A stretch of DNA of 64,000 nt, taken from Podarcis vaucheri (taxonomy: Eukaryota). Positions 50,521 to 62,460 of the stretch are shown one piece after another (the stretch's first letter is position 1; every line of letters begins with the position of its first letter). Under the pieces are notes generated by a model. The model searched no databases, was not told the DNA's origin, and saw only the letters and a list, made by a program, of their open reading frames with translations. The stretch is from assembly GCA_965113315.1 (NCBI GenBank), contig OZ220369.1; one strand, written 5' to 3'. Position numbers and translations under genes: made by a program.

Positions 50521-51015
50521 AGGCCACTTCGAGACAACTTCTTTACTAAGGATCCATCCCGACTCATTTGCAGGCAGATTAGATGATGCTGGCCATTCAA
50601 TGAGCATTCTTTCCAGTTTGTTTGGGGGGTGGTTAGATGATGTTGCATCAAAGCAAGTGTTATCCCACACCCTTCAACATTTCTCCAATGAAAAGAGGGA
50701 TGTCCTCTTCCATCTCTTCTGACATTTCTCCGATGAAAATGGGGATGTCCTATTGGAAAAGTGGGACAGTCCAGGATCAAATCAGAAACTGGGGCTGCTT
50801 CTGTAATTCCAGGACTGTCCCTGGAAAATCGGGACATTTGGAGGGTATATTATCTCAGTGCATTTTCTCATCACTTTCCTGATTGCAAAATAAAATAAAA
50901 TAAATTCTTTTGGAGAAGTGGGTTTGTTGCACAAGACCACCCAAACAACTTTAACTGTGCAGCCTTCATTTGCCAGTTTGTGACTGAATCCTACTCAAAA
51001 ATCTGGAAGCGCCCT
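50521..51015. mobile_element. Harbinger-like MITE carrying a nested insertion
   Basis: Termini AGGCCACTTCGAGA / TCTGGAAGCGCCCT with GAG on both flanks. Homologous to 5941-6244 outside 50666-50849. Confidence 0.75.
50666..50849. mobile_element. Nested MITE, same family as 41221-41618
   Basis: CACACCCTTCAACATTTCTCCAATGAAAA...TTTGGAGGGTAT, with the left end tandemly duplicated. Confidence 0.85.
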
Positions 51016-51269
51016 GAGTTCGTTATGTGGCTATATTCCCCAGGCCACATCCAGGCCTATTGCCTGCATGGCTTCCTGTGCATTGCTTCCAGGAGCCAGG
51101 ACTGTGCTCTTGGGGAGGGGGGAGCAAATAACAGGTATAGGATGGACACAGGAGGAGACCTGTGCCAAGTCTAGGCAATCTGAAGCCTTCCTAGTCCCCT
51201 CTGCTCCTCACTTTACCCTCTGTCGTTTACATGGAGATGACAGTTTAGCATATGCACAAATTCCTATCA

Positions 51270-51590
51270 GCTGCTGATTTTATTGACAATGTGGATAGAT
51301 TGAAAGGCCCAAAGCTTTTTGTTGTTGTTTTGTTAAGGCAAATAAGGAAAGCAGAAATGTAAATTACATCCTCGGGTTCACATTAGAGGTTTGCAAATAA
51401 TACAGGGCTAATGGTTATTGCAAAGGAAAATAGCGCCGGGATCAATATTCTATACAGTCGAACGCAGTGCCTCCCTTTCCCCTACTCTCTCTCTTTCTCT
51501 CTCTCTCTCTTTTAATCACTTCATTGCAGAAATGGCATTGAAATCAGAAATCTCATTTTCTCCATTTGTACAAATTGAACATAAATCATG
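51270..51590. promoter_or_regulatory. Candidate CNE
   Basis: TTTTATTG, GGCAAATA, GGATCAATA (ONECUT/CUX-type) and CATAAATCA (HOX-PBX) motifs in unique sequence. Confidence 0.4.
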
Positions 51591-53577
51591 GTGAGGGAGG
51601 GGGATGTGGCAGGCAACTTTGCTCTTGGTGGGGCTGCACGGCTAATTAGCATAAGGTTAGGTGGGGAGCACGTGCAGGTGGGAAAGTGAGGTTGGTGGGC
51701 CTACTGGCTTTCCCAAGCAAGTCTTCCTCTTCCCCTTTGCAGATGCCCCATTTCTCACAAAAACAAAACAGTCAGTAGCTTCTATAAGGAGCCTTAAGCC
51801 TTGGATGGGCAGCAGAGAAATGGAATCAGTGAATCAAGGAGCAATGTAGTGTTGGGGTTGAGGGCCAAAAATTGCATCAGAGAAATGAAGGTAACTGCTT
51901 ATCTTCCAGTGATTTAGGGTGGGCTTCATGTGTGTGGGAGGGGGACACAGCTCCCACCAACCTGTGTCCCCTAAGTAGTGTTTGGCAAAAGAAATATGAG
52001 GCATGAATCCATGCATCCAGTGCACTCTGTCTCTTCCAGTCAGTGGCAGTCAGTGAACTGGAATGGTGGTGGTGAGATCACGGAATACAGTGGCACCTGT
52101 GTCTTTTGCCCAGTAATTCTTTGGGGAGGCGGGTCTCTGGTAGCCATCCAGTGTCCCCATAAGGTGTAACTGGGCCCTTGGTCTTGCCACCTGGCAGCTG
52201 CAGGTGCACAGATGAGGGCCTCTCCTAGGCTCCATCTTCCCAACCAGAGCATGCTGTGGATCGTGATTTCCAGAACTGGGTTTGAGGATTGTAGCAACAG
52301 CATGCAACACAAAGAGAAGAAAATTCTTCTGTTTGGATAATGCAGGATGGAGAACGAAAATATTAAGATCAGAAGATGAGCCTTCACCCAACATTCAAGT
52401 CTCCTCCCAGTTGCCTTTGCCTGGGGTTGGGACTGGGGGCAGGGAGGGGGGCTTGACAGGCAAGAGCATTTCTTGTGTTGCCTGGAGAGCTCCTTCCCAA
52501 ACCTTTGGTTGGACCTTCTCGGAAGCACCAAGGCTGGTGACGAAGAGCTTTACATCTGCCGCTGCTGCTTGTGGGGCATCTTCCTAAGTGGCCTTGGAAA
52601 TAATAAGTGGGGTGGGGGGAAGAGTGAAGAGGGAGGCTTGTGGGGGGAGCTAAGCAGGGCCAAAGCCGGAGGTTATCCTGCAACACCCTCTTGATGCCCT
52701 CCTGCCAAAGTGCAGCTGCTGCATTAATGCACAGACATTTGAAAGATAATCATGATTCTGTAGATCAAAGCAGCCCTTCTTCTGACAATTACAGTGAAAT
52801 TGAAGCTCTCCTCCAAGAGCAACTCCAGCCCCCTCTTGTTGTGCTTCTCCCTTAAAAAAAAAAAATCTTTATGAGCAAATTGGTTTTTCAGGGCTGTAGA
52901 AAGAGCCGATTGGATGCTGAATTCCACCCTCACTGCCCAGAGGTGGGATTCACAGGGTTGGATGTGTAACATCTGAAGGGCCGCCTTAAAAAAAAAAGAT
53001 ATCTAAGAATAAAAGAGAGAATAGAAGGAGAAGCTGATCAGGAATGAATAAAGTCTCCTTTTAAGCTGAAATGCCCCCCCCCCAACCCATTTTCCCTCCA
53101 GAAAAGCCAGCCTGTAATTGCTTGCAATCACTCGGCACAAATTGTCTGCTCGTATTTGCTTTTTAATTTTGTATAATCTGGTCCATTTCGCTCTCTCTGC
53201 CTTTGAGCTTAACCTCGCTCTCCCCCCTCCCCCTCCTCCCCCCTTCCTCCTGCATGTCTTCTTTTTCTCTTGTGCTTTAATTCTTTAGTGCTGTTTAAAA
53301 ATTAGTAATAATTCCCAGGGATGTTTCTATCTTTCTACTATGGAACAGCAACTTTGGAGCAAAATCCAGGGCCTTTTGAACACAGACAAGGTTGTTGTTT
53401 TGAGTATATTCATTAGGTTTTCCTTCCTTCCTTTCTTTCAGAATGTGTAAATGCACAGAATGAACTCAAAGTGAGGCCTGGGATTGGTAGGGGATGGTGT
53501 GTGAGGGGGCTGTTCTTGCAATCTTTGCAGCAAAAAACAGATTATTACGAGAGAAATAAGGAAAGGTTGCTTTGATT

Positions 53578-53616
<39 letters not shown>
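53578..53616. repeat. (CT)n(GT)n microsatellite
   Basis: Seen directly. Confidence 0.95.
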
Positions 53617-53791
53617 TTCTCATTGTTACCATCTTATTTCCTCCCCAGTTCGTATGTATGGTAATGGTAATATCCTCTTCTGCATAGCCAGCCGCACTCC
53701 TTGCTAGTGGTGACTGAAATTAAGAGCCTACGAGTCTGAGGCAGAAATGTCGGTGAATGTTTTTGATGTGATATGGGCGGGAGTGCCTTAG

Positions 53792-53834
53792 GGCTGGATC
53801 AGACCAAAGGCCAACCTAGTCTAGCATCCTGTTC
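53792..53834 (-). mobile_element. CR1-type tail fragment
   Basis: GCTGGATCAGACCAAAGGCCAACCTAGTCTAGCATCCTGTTC. Confidence 0.55.
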
Positions 53835-53836
53835 AT

Positions 53837-54121
53837 AGGAAGGCGCATTGTAGCTAAATGGTCAAACCTTTGCTCAGCATGCAGAAGATCCCTGGTTCAA
53901 TCCACAATTGCACCGCCACCAATATACAAAGGTTTATATTATTATATTATACGCTTCTGAAAATAATAAAATTAGAAGTGGGGAAACAATGGCACCTCCA
54001 GATAGGACTGGGAATTTCCCCTAACTTGAAACTTGGATTGCTGCTGCCAGTCAGTGTTGACAGTGCTGATCTAGATGACCTAATGGCCTGACTCAAGAGA
54101 AGGACACTTTCTCTGTTTCCT
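53837..54121 (+). mobile_element. tRNA-derived SINE interrupted by an AT-rich insert
   Basis: Head TAGCTAAATGG...GCATGCAGAAGATCCCTGGTTCAATCC and body GCTGCCAGTCAGTGTTGACA...CTAGATGACCTAATGG. Homologous to 33-204. Confidence 0.75.
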
Positions 54122-55520
54122 GCAACACCCAACTAGAGAAGGAGGGACCGAGCCCAGAGCCAGCAGGAGAGCAGACTCTGAGCTTTCTTTTCTTTTTTTA
54201 AAAGTAAATTTCTAGCCCTTGTAGAACAAATGTTATGAAGCAAGCTGTGCAGGCACTATTCCCCACCCCCCAAAAGCCTCAAGAAATATGAGCCTGTTCC
54301 CACTTTTCAGTGTTTGTAGGCTGTGAGTGATTACCGCTGTGATTGGCAAGTGCTACAGATAAATGTAGAGTGACCCACACATCAGAGAAGAGCACAAAGC
54401 AGCTCCAGCATGACCCAGGAAACCCCTTCTGCACACAATGGAGAAGGGACTTCCTGGGTCATTTTGAAGCTCTGTGGCTCAAACTTTTTTTTTTTGCTAG
54501 ATTCAAAACAACAGAGAAAGGAATGGCTGAGTCTTTTTGATGCTTTCTTCTTCTGTAACAGACAAGTAATTGTTGATCAGAGATAATAATTTGGAAACCC
54601 AAGATTTTAGTGTAGTAGTGACTAGGCAGCGGCATGTCCAGCCAAACCAAAAGGGTGCAATGAGGACAGGACTTCATGCTCTTCGTAGCACAGGATTAAT
54701 TTCATGTGACACCCTGCAAATGGAAATACAAATAAAATCCATGATTAGTATATCCATATTGCACGGAGGATATTATGGTTGAGAAAGCATGGATTACATC
54801 AGCCATGCAAAATAGCTCAGAGTTGCTATACTAATATTGCTAAAGTGGGGGTGACGGGAGGATTGAGAAAGAGTAGTCCATGACAACCCTGCAGTGTAGA
54901 CTAGTGTTGTTATTCAGGCTCATGGTGTGTTGGTTTTTTTTAAAGGGAAATACAGATGTAGATGCTGATCAGTTGATTGTAGCAGCAACATGGGAGGGGG
55001 ATTAATTGCTTTCAGGAGGGTAGGTTAGGGAAATTCTTGGGGGTGGATTGTTCTGGTATATACATTAATGTCAAAGCATCAAATCCTTTTTGCTAAAAAA
55101 GTAAAATAAAAGGGCGCCTGCTTGACCTGGGCTGATGACATTGTTGTACTTATTATTATGAGATATAAATAAATAACCACAGCAAATGCTCTTAGAATGC
55201 TTTTTAACAATTTAATCTTGAATTTATGCAAGCACAGGCAGCATCTGAGCCTTGACTGCTGTAATTCTTCAATCTCTTTTGACCCCTCCACCCCCGCCTC
55301 TGCCATCTGAAATACCAGTCCTGATCTAGCACTGAATGTCATATTGCCAGCCTAAGATCAATGGATGCAATAGCTGCAGTAACATAATTGGTTTTGAAGC
55401 TCAAGAAACCCACTGGTATGGTTTGAGAGTTGGCAGTAGAGGAGAGCAAGGCTCTTTTACCTTCAACAGCTGTGTGGCAGGCAGAAATTAACTGTGCCCT
55501 TCTCTTCAGCATTCAGCTGA

Positions 55521-55664
55521 TAGGGTCGCCATATTTTGAAGAGCAAAAAAAAAAAAAAGAGGACACATTTGCTGATTTCTACTTTTAAACTATGGATCGC
55601 TATGACGACTCTGCTCATGAAAAAGAGGACGTGTCCTGGAAAAAGAGAACATATGGCAACATGA
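55521..55664. mobile_element. hAT-like MITE
   Basis: TIRs TAGGGTCGCCATAT / ATATGGCAACATGA and repeated AAAAGAGGAC subterminal motifs. Confidence 0.7.
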
Positions 55665-56289
55665 GCAGGATATCTTCACAAATACAGTACACCTTAAAAC
55701 ACTGCTTTTTTACTTGAGCAGTGGCAATCCAGCACCTGAGGCTGTTGCAAAGGCTGCTAGCTGTTGCTGTTGAAGACTGGATTTGGGTGGCTTTGAATTT
55801 GGAATGGTTTACTTGTTAAGGTTTAAATGTTTGTATGCTGCCTTTTGAATTTACATTTTGTTTTAATAATTTTGCTTTTAATGTTGTGTGTTGCTTGGGG
55901 GGAAATCCTTATTTTGAAAAGCAGCCTAGATTCCCCCCCGCTCCCCCCCCTACCCATTCCTGAGAAACATCTCAAAGCAATGGGAAATAAAATCAGTAAG
56001 TGAAATATGTAGGGCTGACCAGCTGGAGTTTCCCTTCAGTCCCTGGGGCCCTGGCTTTCAGTAAGAAGAAGGGGATCTTGGGTGAGCCTATTGACTGACC
56101 CTCACTTTACCTTCCTTTCCAGAGTGCAGCAATGGCTGCAGAAGCCAGTGGGCCAAGAGTCGGGCAGTAAATGGTCTTGGTCAGCCAGAGAGCCATGGGC
56201 TGGAGGGGGGTGCTTTGGCGCTCCTCCCCAGGGATGTTCCTTCAAAACAAATGTCTCTCCCTCAGAGCTTTTCAAAGGCCAGAAAAGTT

Positions 56290-56610
56290 CATTATAGTTT
56301 TAATGTGATTTGAGGGGGGAAATTGAAATAATGATTTGATATACAGACGTTGATGAAAGATGTATTTTTAAAGCAGTAAATTAAAATCTCATTAATATTT
56401 CAGTGAGAATATTTTGTGCTTCTCTGTTTCATCTCTGTTTTTGACCTATGGCTCGGAGTTCCCAGCATGAAGGCGATGGTGAAATCTGTTCACCATAAAA
56501 TGTTAATTATAAGTAAATTGCAGCACAAACGTTCAATCAGCCACATTAATTCTACATAAAGTGAATTATTGTAGCAGAAAATTTTCAAATGTGACTGAAT
56601 TTTGTAATCT
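56290..56610. promoter_or_regulatory. AT-rich candidate CNE
   Basis: Dense TAAT/ATTA homeodomain cores (GTAAATTAA, CATTAAT, GTTAATTA, CCATAAAA) in unique sequence. Confidence 0.45.
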
Positions 56611-58481
56611 GCTTCCCCCATCCCCTACCTTTGCTCCAAGGGCTCCACTCAGCACGGCAGAGGAGCAGCTCTTTGTGTTCCGGAGAGAGGCTGCAGCCGG
56701 CCACTGTCTCCCACTTAGGATCCGTTTAAAAATTCAGAAGTGCAGTTGGATCCATTCACACTTTGCCTCCTAAATGGTTCTTAATTACATCAAATTCGTT
56801 GTGCCCAGTGGCAAAGTGTAATGGAAATGTGAGCTGTTTAACTCTTTGCACATCCTGCCTCTCTGCCGCGTGAGACCAAGAAGGCTTAAACGGACACTCT
56901 TGAGAAGCACAAAACGTCCTTCTCTCTTTTGGGTGTTGTTGCTAGGACTGCAACAGCCCACTAAAGGCTGGGGGTTGTTGCCTGCAAAGGAGTCTCAGAA
57001 GAGTACGCACAGCATCTTGTTGGGGTTTGTTCAGCATAGACCTGCAGGCTAGATTAAACCAATTAAAGGAAGAGATAAGAGGCACAGAGTGGCCAGGTGG
57101 TTGGGCCCTCTGCACTGTTCAGGATCTCGCATCTCCCAGGAGAGGTATCTCACCTGGCTGCTGGAGGTTTCATTTTGGTTCTTCTAAACTCTCTGTCAGG
57201 TGGAATCCTCAGGCATTCATGGCTTGCTCTCCACCCTAACTTTTGTCAGAAGCTTTTTTGACTTTCAGGTGCACAAAAAGCTTCTGCTACATTGGGTAAA
57301 TTTTGCATCTGGGAGAAATTGAACAGTTTATGCCTTTATCATCCTTGGGTTCAAAACATGGCAAAACATTATCTGACCAAAAATCAATCTGCATGTTGAT
57401 TTTTCATAAAGCTTGTAATCCCCAGCATTGACCAAGGAACCTGAGCCTTTGATATTGAAATGCTGGCATTCAAGTGCACAGGCAGTTTGAGTTTAGAGAC
57501 ATGGTACAGGAGTGTTGTAGGACTCCTTTGCTGGCCATTCTGGAGCAGCCCCCAAAGAGCTCCTGAAGGGTCGTTGAACTGTAAGTACCTCCTGATAGCC
57601 TGGGACTAGCACTAGCCGTGCACAGCCCAAGGACCACCTCTGTGCCATAGAAAGAAGGGATCCACCCAGGGTTTTATTTATTTTATTTCAGTATGCAGCT
57701 TCCCAGATTTTGTGACTCCTCTTAAAGCCTCAGAATGACCCACTCTTTACAGCGATCTGTGTAAATTATACTTTCTAATTATTATTTGGCCATTAGAAAC
57801 TGGTTGCCTCAACTGCAAAAGCAGTGATGGTGGAAGAGCTGAGTGGGTGCTCTGCGTGACCATTCATTAATTTCACACCCACCTTCTCTGGAAGGCTCAA
57901 AGTGGATCCCAGTTGTTTTGATTTATACAGCACAAACTGGGAGGAAGGGGGTTTGCTTCTGCATTTGGGGGCAGCCCCCATCATTCCTGCCCTGCCCAGT
58001 CATTGTCCTGCTCAAGCCACCCTCTCCTACAGCCTCTGCTGTGAAGGTGTGAGCCCTGCCACGCTCTGGTTGACATGCCCACCGCCGTCTTCTGTTAATC
58101 TCTTTTTGTGAATTACACTTCCCCAACAATGAATTTTCTCCTTAACAAAACATAGGGACATTACTGTCTAGAACCAACCATTTCCCGAAAAGCCACAGAA
58201 TTTGATTCAAAATGGTCCCTCTTTCACGAGAGGCATGGACGCTTTCATGGTAGGCAAGGCTGGGATCTAGACACGCATGAAAAGAAGAGGAAACCTCTCC
58301 CTAACTAGTGGGCTGGAGGATTTCCAATTTGCTAATGGAAGGAGCGGCTAATCTACAAATGTATTAAGGAAGAGCCAGCAGTCCCAGAGCCCAGTGAGAT
58401 AAGGTGGGAGGTTGAAATGACTGAGAGGAAAGAGTGGGGAAGCCAGTCCCATTAAGGGCAGGTCAGATGGATAGCGGTGGG

Positions 58482-58980
58482 CAGAGGCGGAGCTAGCTGC
58501 TCTAGCACCCAGAGCGTCACACATGCTGTGCACCCAGGGGCGGGGCCATGGGGGCAGGGCAAGCAACCCCCCGGACAGAACGAGCACCCTGGGAGCAAAA
58601 ATGCCCATGGGGGGTGGAGCGAGCCGCCCCCATGATGGGCTGCTTCCTGGGTGGTGGCGGCGGGGTGGGGGGTGGGGAGCTGCACCGCTTTGCCAGCAGC
58701 CTTCCTCCCTTCCCTCTTCCTTTTGACAGCTCGGGGGAGGCTCCCCCCCCCCAGGAAGCAGCCCGGGAGCAGGGGTCAACGGTGCGACTCCCAAGCCTCC
58801 CCTGAGCTGTCAAAACAAAGGGGGAAGGGGGGAAGGCCACTGGCAAGGCAGCGCAGCTCTGCCCCTTCCCCCAACGGCTCGGGGTAGGCTTGGGAGTCAC
58901 AGTCTGGCAGAGCGCCAATGTCACCCCCCTCATTGATGACACCCAGGACGGACTGGCCCCACCCCTTTCCTCCACCCCCG
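58482..58980. mobile_element. GC-rich non-autonomous DNA transposon (Harbinger-like)
   Basis: Begins GGCGGAGCTAGC and ends TTCCTCCACC. Internal repeats (GGGGGCAGGGCAAGC / GGGGGTGGAGCGAGC) and an internal inverted segment (TTTTGACAGCTC / GAGCTGTCAAAA). Confidence 0.55.
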
Positions 58981-60539
58981 GCGATGGGCTGGGGCTGTGC
59001 TGTTTCTCAATCCTGTGATGAAAGAGCACATTACCCCTGACTGGTTCAGTCTACTGTAGGTCCCCATAGGGATGCTTGTGGGTGCCTGTGCCTGCAGAGC
59101 AAACAACATATCTGCTCTTGCAGATAACTGTCCTGAATATGCTATGAGATATTAGCTCCTTCTTGCACAACATAAGGCCAATGCACACGTTGAGGGGGGG
59201 CTTCCTGTTCCTAGGGAGGGAGGGAAGGACCAGTTAAAGCCCTGTTCATCCTTGTTCACACAGGAGATGGGACTAAGTCCATCCCATTTCCAGTTGACTT
59301 CGTAATGGGAAATCCTTAAGGGCCCCAAGGAAATGGAAACCTCCACCAGCAGGTAGGGTTGCAAAGGCTCCGCAAATGGAAGAGAAAAATGCTGTCAAGC
59401 TGCAAATTCCAAGAGGCCTGTTTCCCAGCCAGCAGCATGATTGGCAAGAGGAATAAACACTAACTGGAGGCTTGTGTTATCAGCCTAATTGTATAATTGC
59501 ATGTTACTTTCTGCGTGGTTTGATGTGCAGATCAGAGCAATGCGATGCGCCCATGTTCCGCTTGGGAATGTTGCAGTGAGGCTGAACACCAAGAAGTGGT
59601 TCAGCTGCTTCCTGAGTTCCTGCCAGGTTCGCACTGGCAGGAGGGAGGGCAGTTGTAGGATAAGGTCAGCTTTTAGAGTGCAGCTCGCTTTTGTCCATAG
59701 GCCCATCTGCTCCAATAGGAGATTCCGCAAGGCTTCTCCCGGCTTCCCAAATTATATGTTATCTGTGCTCTGCACAAGTGATGATTTGAGTTTGCGTGGT
59801 GACTAGATACAGATTTGCCCTCTCACAGGGTGTTGGATGTTCCCAGACCTTCTCTGGCCGCAGCTGGGCCCTCTTTGCACTTTCCTTTCTATCAGGCCTA
59901 GAAATTTGGCCCAAGGGGGCAAAGAATGTAACAAATTTCCCCTCTGAGCAGAGTATCTGCTTTGCCAAGCAGGCATTCACAGCCAGTAGTGCATTTCTCC
60001 CTCTGTTTCCTAATTTGACAGCTCAGTCCTCAGCATGTTTACTCAGAAGTCCCTCTGCCTTCAATAAGATTGTGCATTTAACATCTTAATTGCACCGATT
60101 ACACTGGCATTTTCATTTATTTGTATTAATTTTTGCCAAGCTTTGCTGGTGATTTTTGCTTGTTCGTATGAATGAATTGTGACTTGCCGTTTAATGCTGT
60201 CATTACAGCATTGTTACTTATTCTAGTATAATGAATTGTTAGGAACTGAGTGTTTTTGTATTGATTATTGAAATTGTCTGTTCTGTGATTTTGTTTGTCT
60301 TGATTATTTATCCTTTTTTTGTAATGAACTTGTTAGGGGATATTGTTGCATTTCTATCTGGAGTGCAACAATGGCAGGGAAGGGGTATATGAAAAAGCCT
60401 GGCCTGAGTTGGGACTTGTGGGTGGTGTAAACATGAAAAAAATATGTTTAGGATTGCAACCTGAACTCTCCTTCTGGTAGCTGCAATCCAGAAACCAGAT
60501 TAGCAGATGCAGCCATCAGATTTAAAGGCAATATGCCAC

Positions 60540-60706
60540 TGAATACCAGTTGCTGGTGGGAAGTGGGAGTGACAGTGGAAGGGGCCTTTAATTGTGCTCA
60601 CATGTCATGCTTGTGGATCTCAGAGGTATCTGTGCAGTCACTGTGGAAAGCAGAAAACTAGAGCAGGAGGATATGCCTGTCTTGGTCTGATCCAGCTGGG
60701 CCTTTC
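60540..60706 (+). mobile_element. Old CR1-type 3' UTR fragment
   Basis: TGAATACCAGTTGCTGG...TTGGTCTGATCCAGCTGGGC. Similar to 14215-14300 and 43085-43217. Confidence 0.5.
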
Positions 60707-61271
60707 AGCTGTCCTTCTCCTTGTGAACACACAGCGCTAAGTCCTATTTCTGTGCATGGGTTTCCTTTGCTGGATCAGGGCAACTGCATAATTCTGCTTG
60801 TGCAGCAAGAGAAAACCTTTTATTTGGAGTGAATCTCTTCTACCTGCATCATGAAAGGAACAAACAAACAAAGCAGGTCAATATGGAAATGTCTGGTTTG
60901 AAGCAATGAAGCAATGAGTAAATGACATACTTATTTGCTGTTTTTTTTTAATTAAAAAAAACTTTCAGAATTTAATGAACAGCTTTAGCGATAATTAACA
61001 AATTTCCATATTCATGCTAAATCAGTATCTATAGAGATAATAGTGCCACACTTCAATATTTATGACATTTTCATAAATACAGAAAATTGGTAATTATCAC
61101 AGTCGTAGAAGACACCTACTCATTAATTCTTTTCTGAATGCAGCCATCTGCATTCTGTCTTTCTGTCTGGAGCCTCTCAGCATCCCAAACCCTCTTCCAA
61201 GACTCTTTTTCTCTCTGGCTGTGCTGGAAGGTCTTCCTGGCCTTCACCTTGCACGGCACTTGTTGCTCCAG

Positions 61272-61483
61272 GCCCAACCACAAATCCCACTAGGAAGTGT
61301 CAAAAGCAACAGCCTCCTTCCTCTCTGAACTTTGTGTCCTTCCACTCCAAAGCTCTTACACCACTCATTGCCAACTCTGCCACCATTGAAACCAAAAGTG
61401 TTTCCAGAGCATCATCATTGGACTGGCACAGAAGTGTCATGAAGCCTGCTAGTTGTCTCAGTAAAACCATTTCTGACCCCAAG
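61272..61483 (+). CDS. Possible internal exon, unidentified Ser/Thr/Pro-rich peptide
   Basis: Acceptor CTTGTTGCTCCAG|G, donor AAG|GTATTG and an open frame (PTTNPTRKCQKQQPP...KTISDPK). No family recognised. Confidence 0.2.
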
Positions 61484-61531
61484 GTATTGTGCTTTTTGCC
61501 GAGGCAAGCTGGTTAATATGAAGGTTTAGAG

Positions 61532-61667
61532 CAGGGTTTCCCAGACTGGGGTCTCCAGCTGTTTTGGGACTACAACTCCTATCATCCCTAGCTAGCAGGA
61601 CCAGTGGTCAGGAAGGATGGGAATTGTAGTCCAAAAACAGCTGGAGGGCCAAGTTTGGGAAACTCTG
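61532..61667. mobile_element. hAT MITE, intact
   Basis: TIRs CAGGGTTTCCCAGACT / AGTTTGGGAAACTCTG. Perfect 8-bp TSD GTTTAGAG at 61524-31 and 61668-75. Confidence 0.93.
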
Positions 61668-62239
61668 GTTTAGAGGAAGCTGAAGTTCAGTATCCATCTC
61701 CCTCCTTTTGGTGTCACTATGCATGATTGCATCCCTGGAAGTGAATTCCACTGGAATTTTGGGGCTGACCTCAAAGCAAGCCTAGTGACGGTGGGGGGAG
61801 CAGCTCTCCTACTTTGCAGAGGATAGTTCTCTTTTTGATGGAGTGCCCAGTCCAAGCCTGGTTTAAAGATAAAGAGTCACAAGAAAGGAGAGCAGAAAAG
61901 GGGTAAGGGCTGGAAGTTTCCAGCCAGCAGTAGTGAGCAGCTCCTGGACAATAGGCTGAGCAGTCACACAGGGCCCCTGACCACAGCCTTCTTCCCCACG
62001 GTGGCGACATATATGTATTTCTTTTGACGTCTAGCAATTATTTATGAATTTGCATCTACATATAAAAATCATCATGTGCAAATTATCTATCATCCTCTCT
62101 TTTTTATTGTTGGTGTATAAGTGGCCTACATCCTTGGAGTGAGGCTGCAAGCCGCCTCTCTGTTTTCTTGCATATTTTGGAACTAGAGGTGAATCAGCAC
62201 CGGACACTCTCTTAAGGCTAAGTCACAAAATCTGAGGCT

Positions 62240-62460
62240 GATGGTTTGCAGCTGATTAGTTGATCTATAGGAGTTGTAGTAATAACAGCTGATCAGGTCA
62301 GAATGAGGAACGTTTTCCGCTGCCTATTGACAGCTGATAACTACTGACCGCTGGGCCTGACGGGGTTGCAGAGGTCAGGTCAGATCAAAGGCACTGGGGA
62401 CATGAACAGCATTTCACATCCTGTAATGCAAAGTGGTCCATCGATAATGGAGGCACCTGT
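62240..62460. promoter_or_regulatory. Candidate bHLH enhancer
   Basis: Three CAGCTGAT sites (62249, 62286, 62331), TGACAG (MEIS), AGATCAAAG (TCF/LEF) and CATCGAT. Confidence 0.45.
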
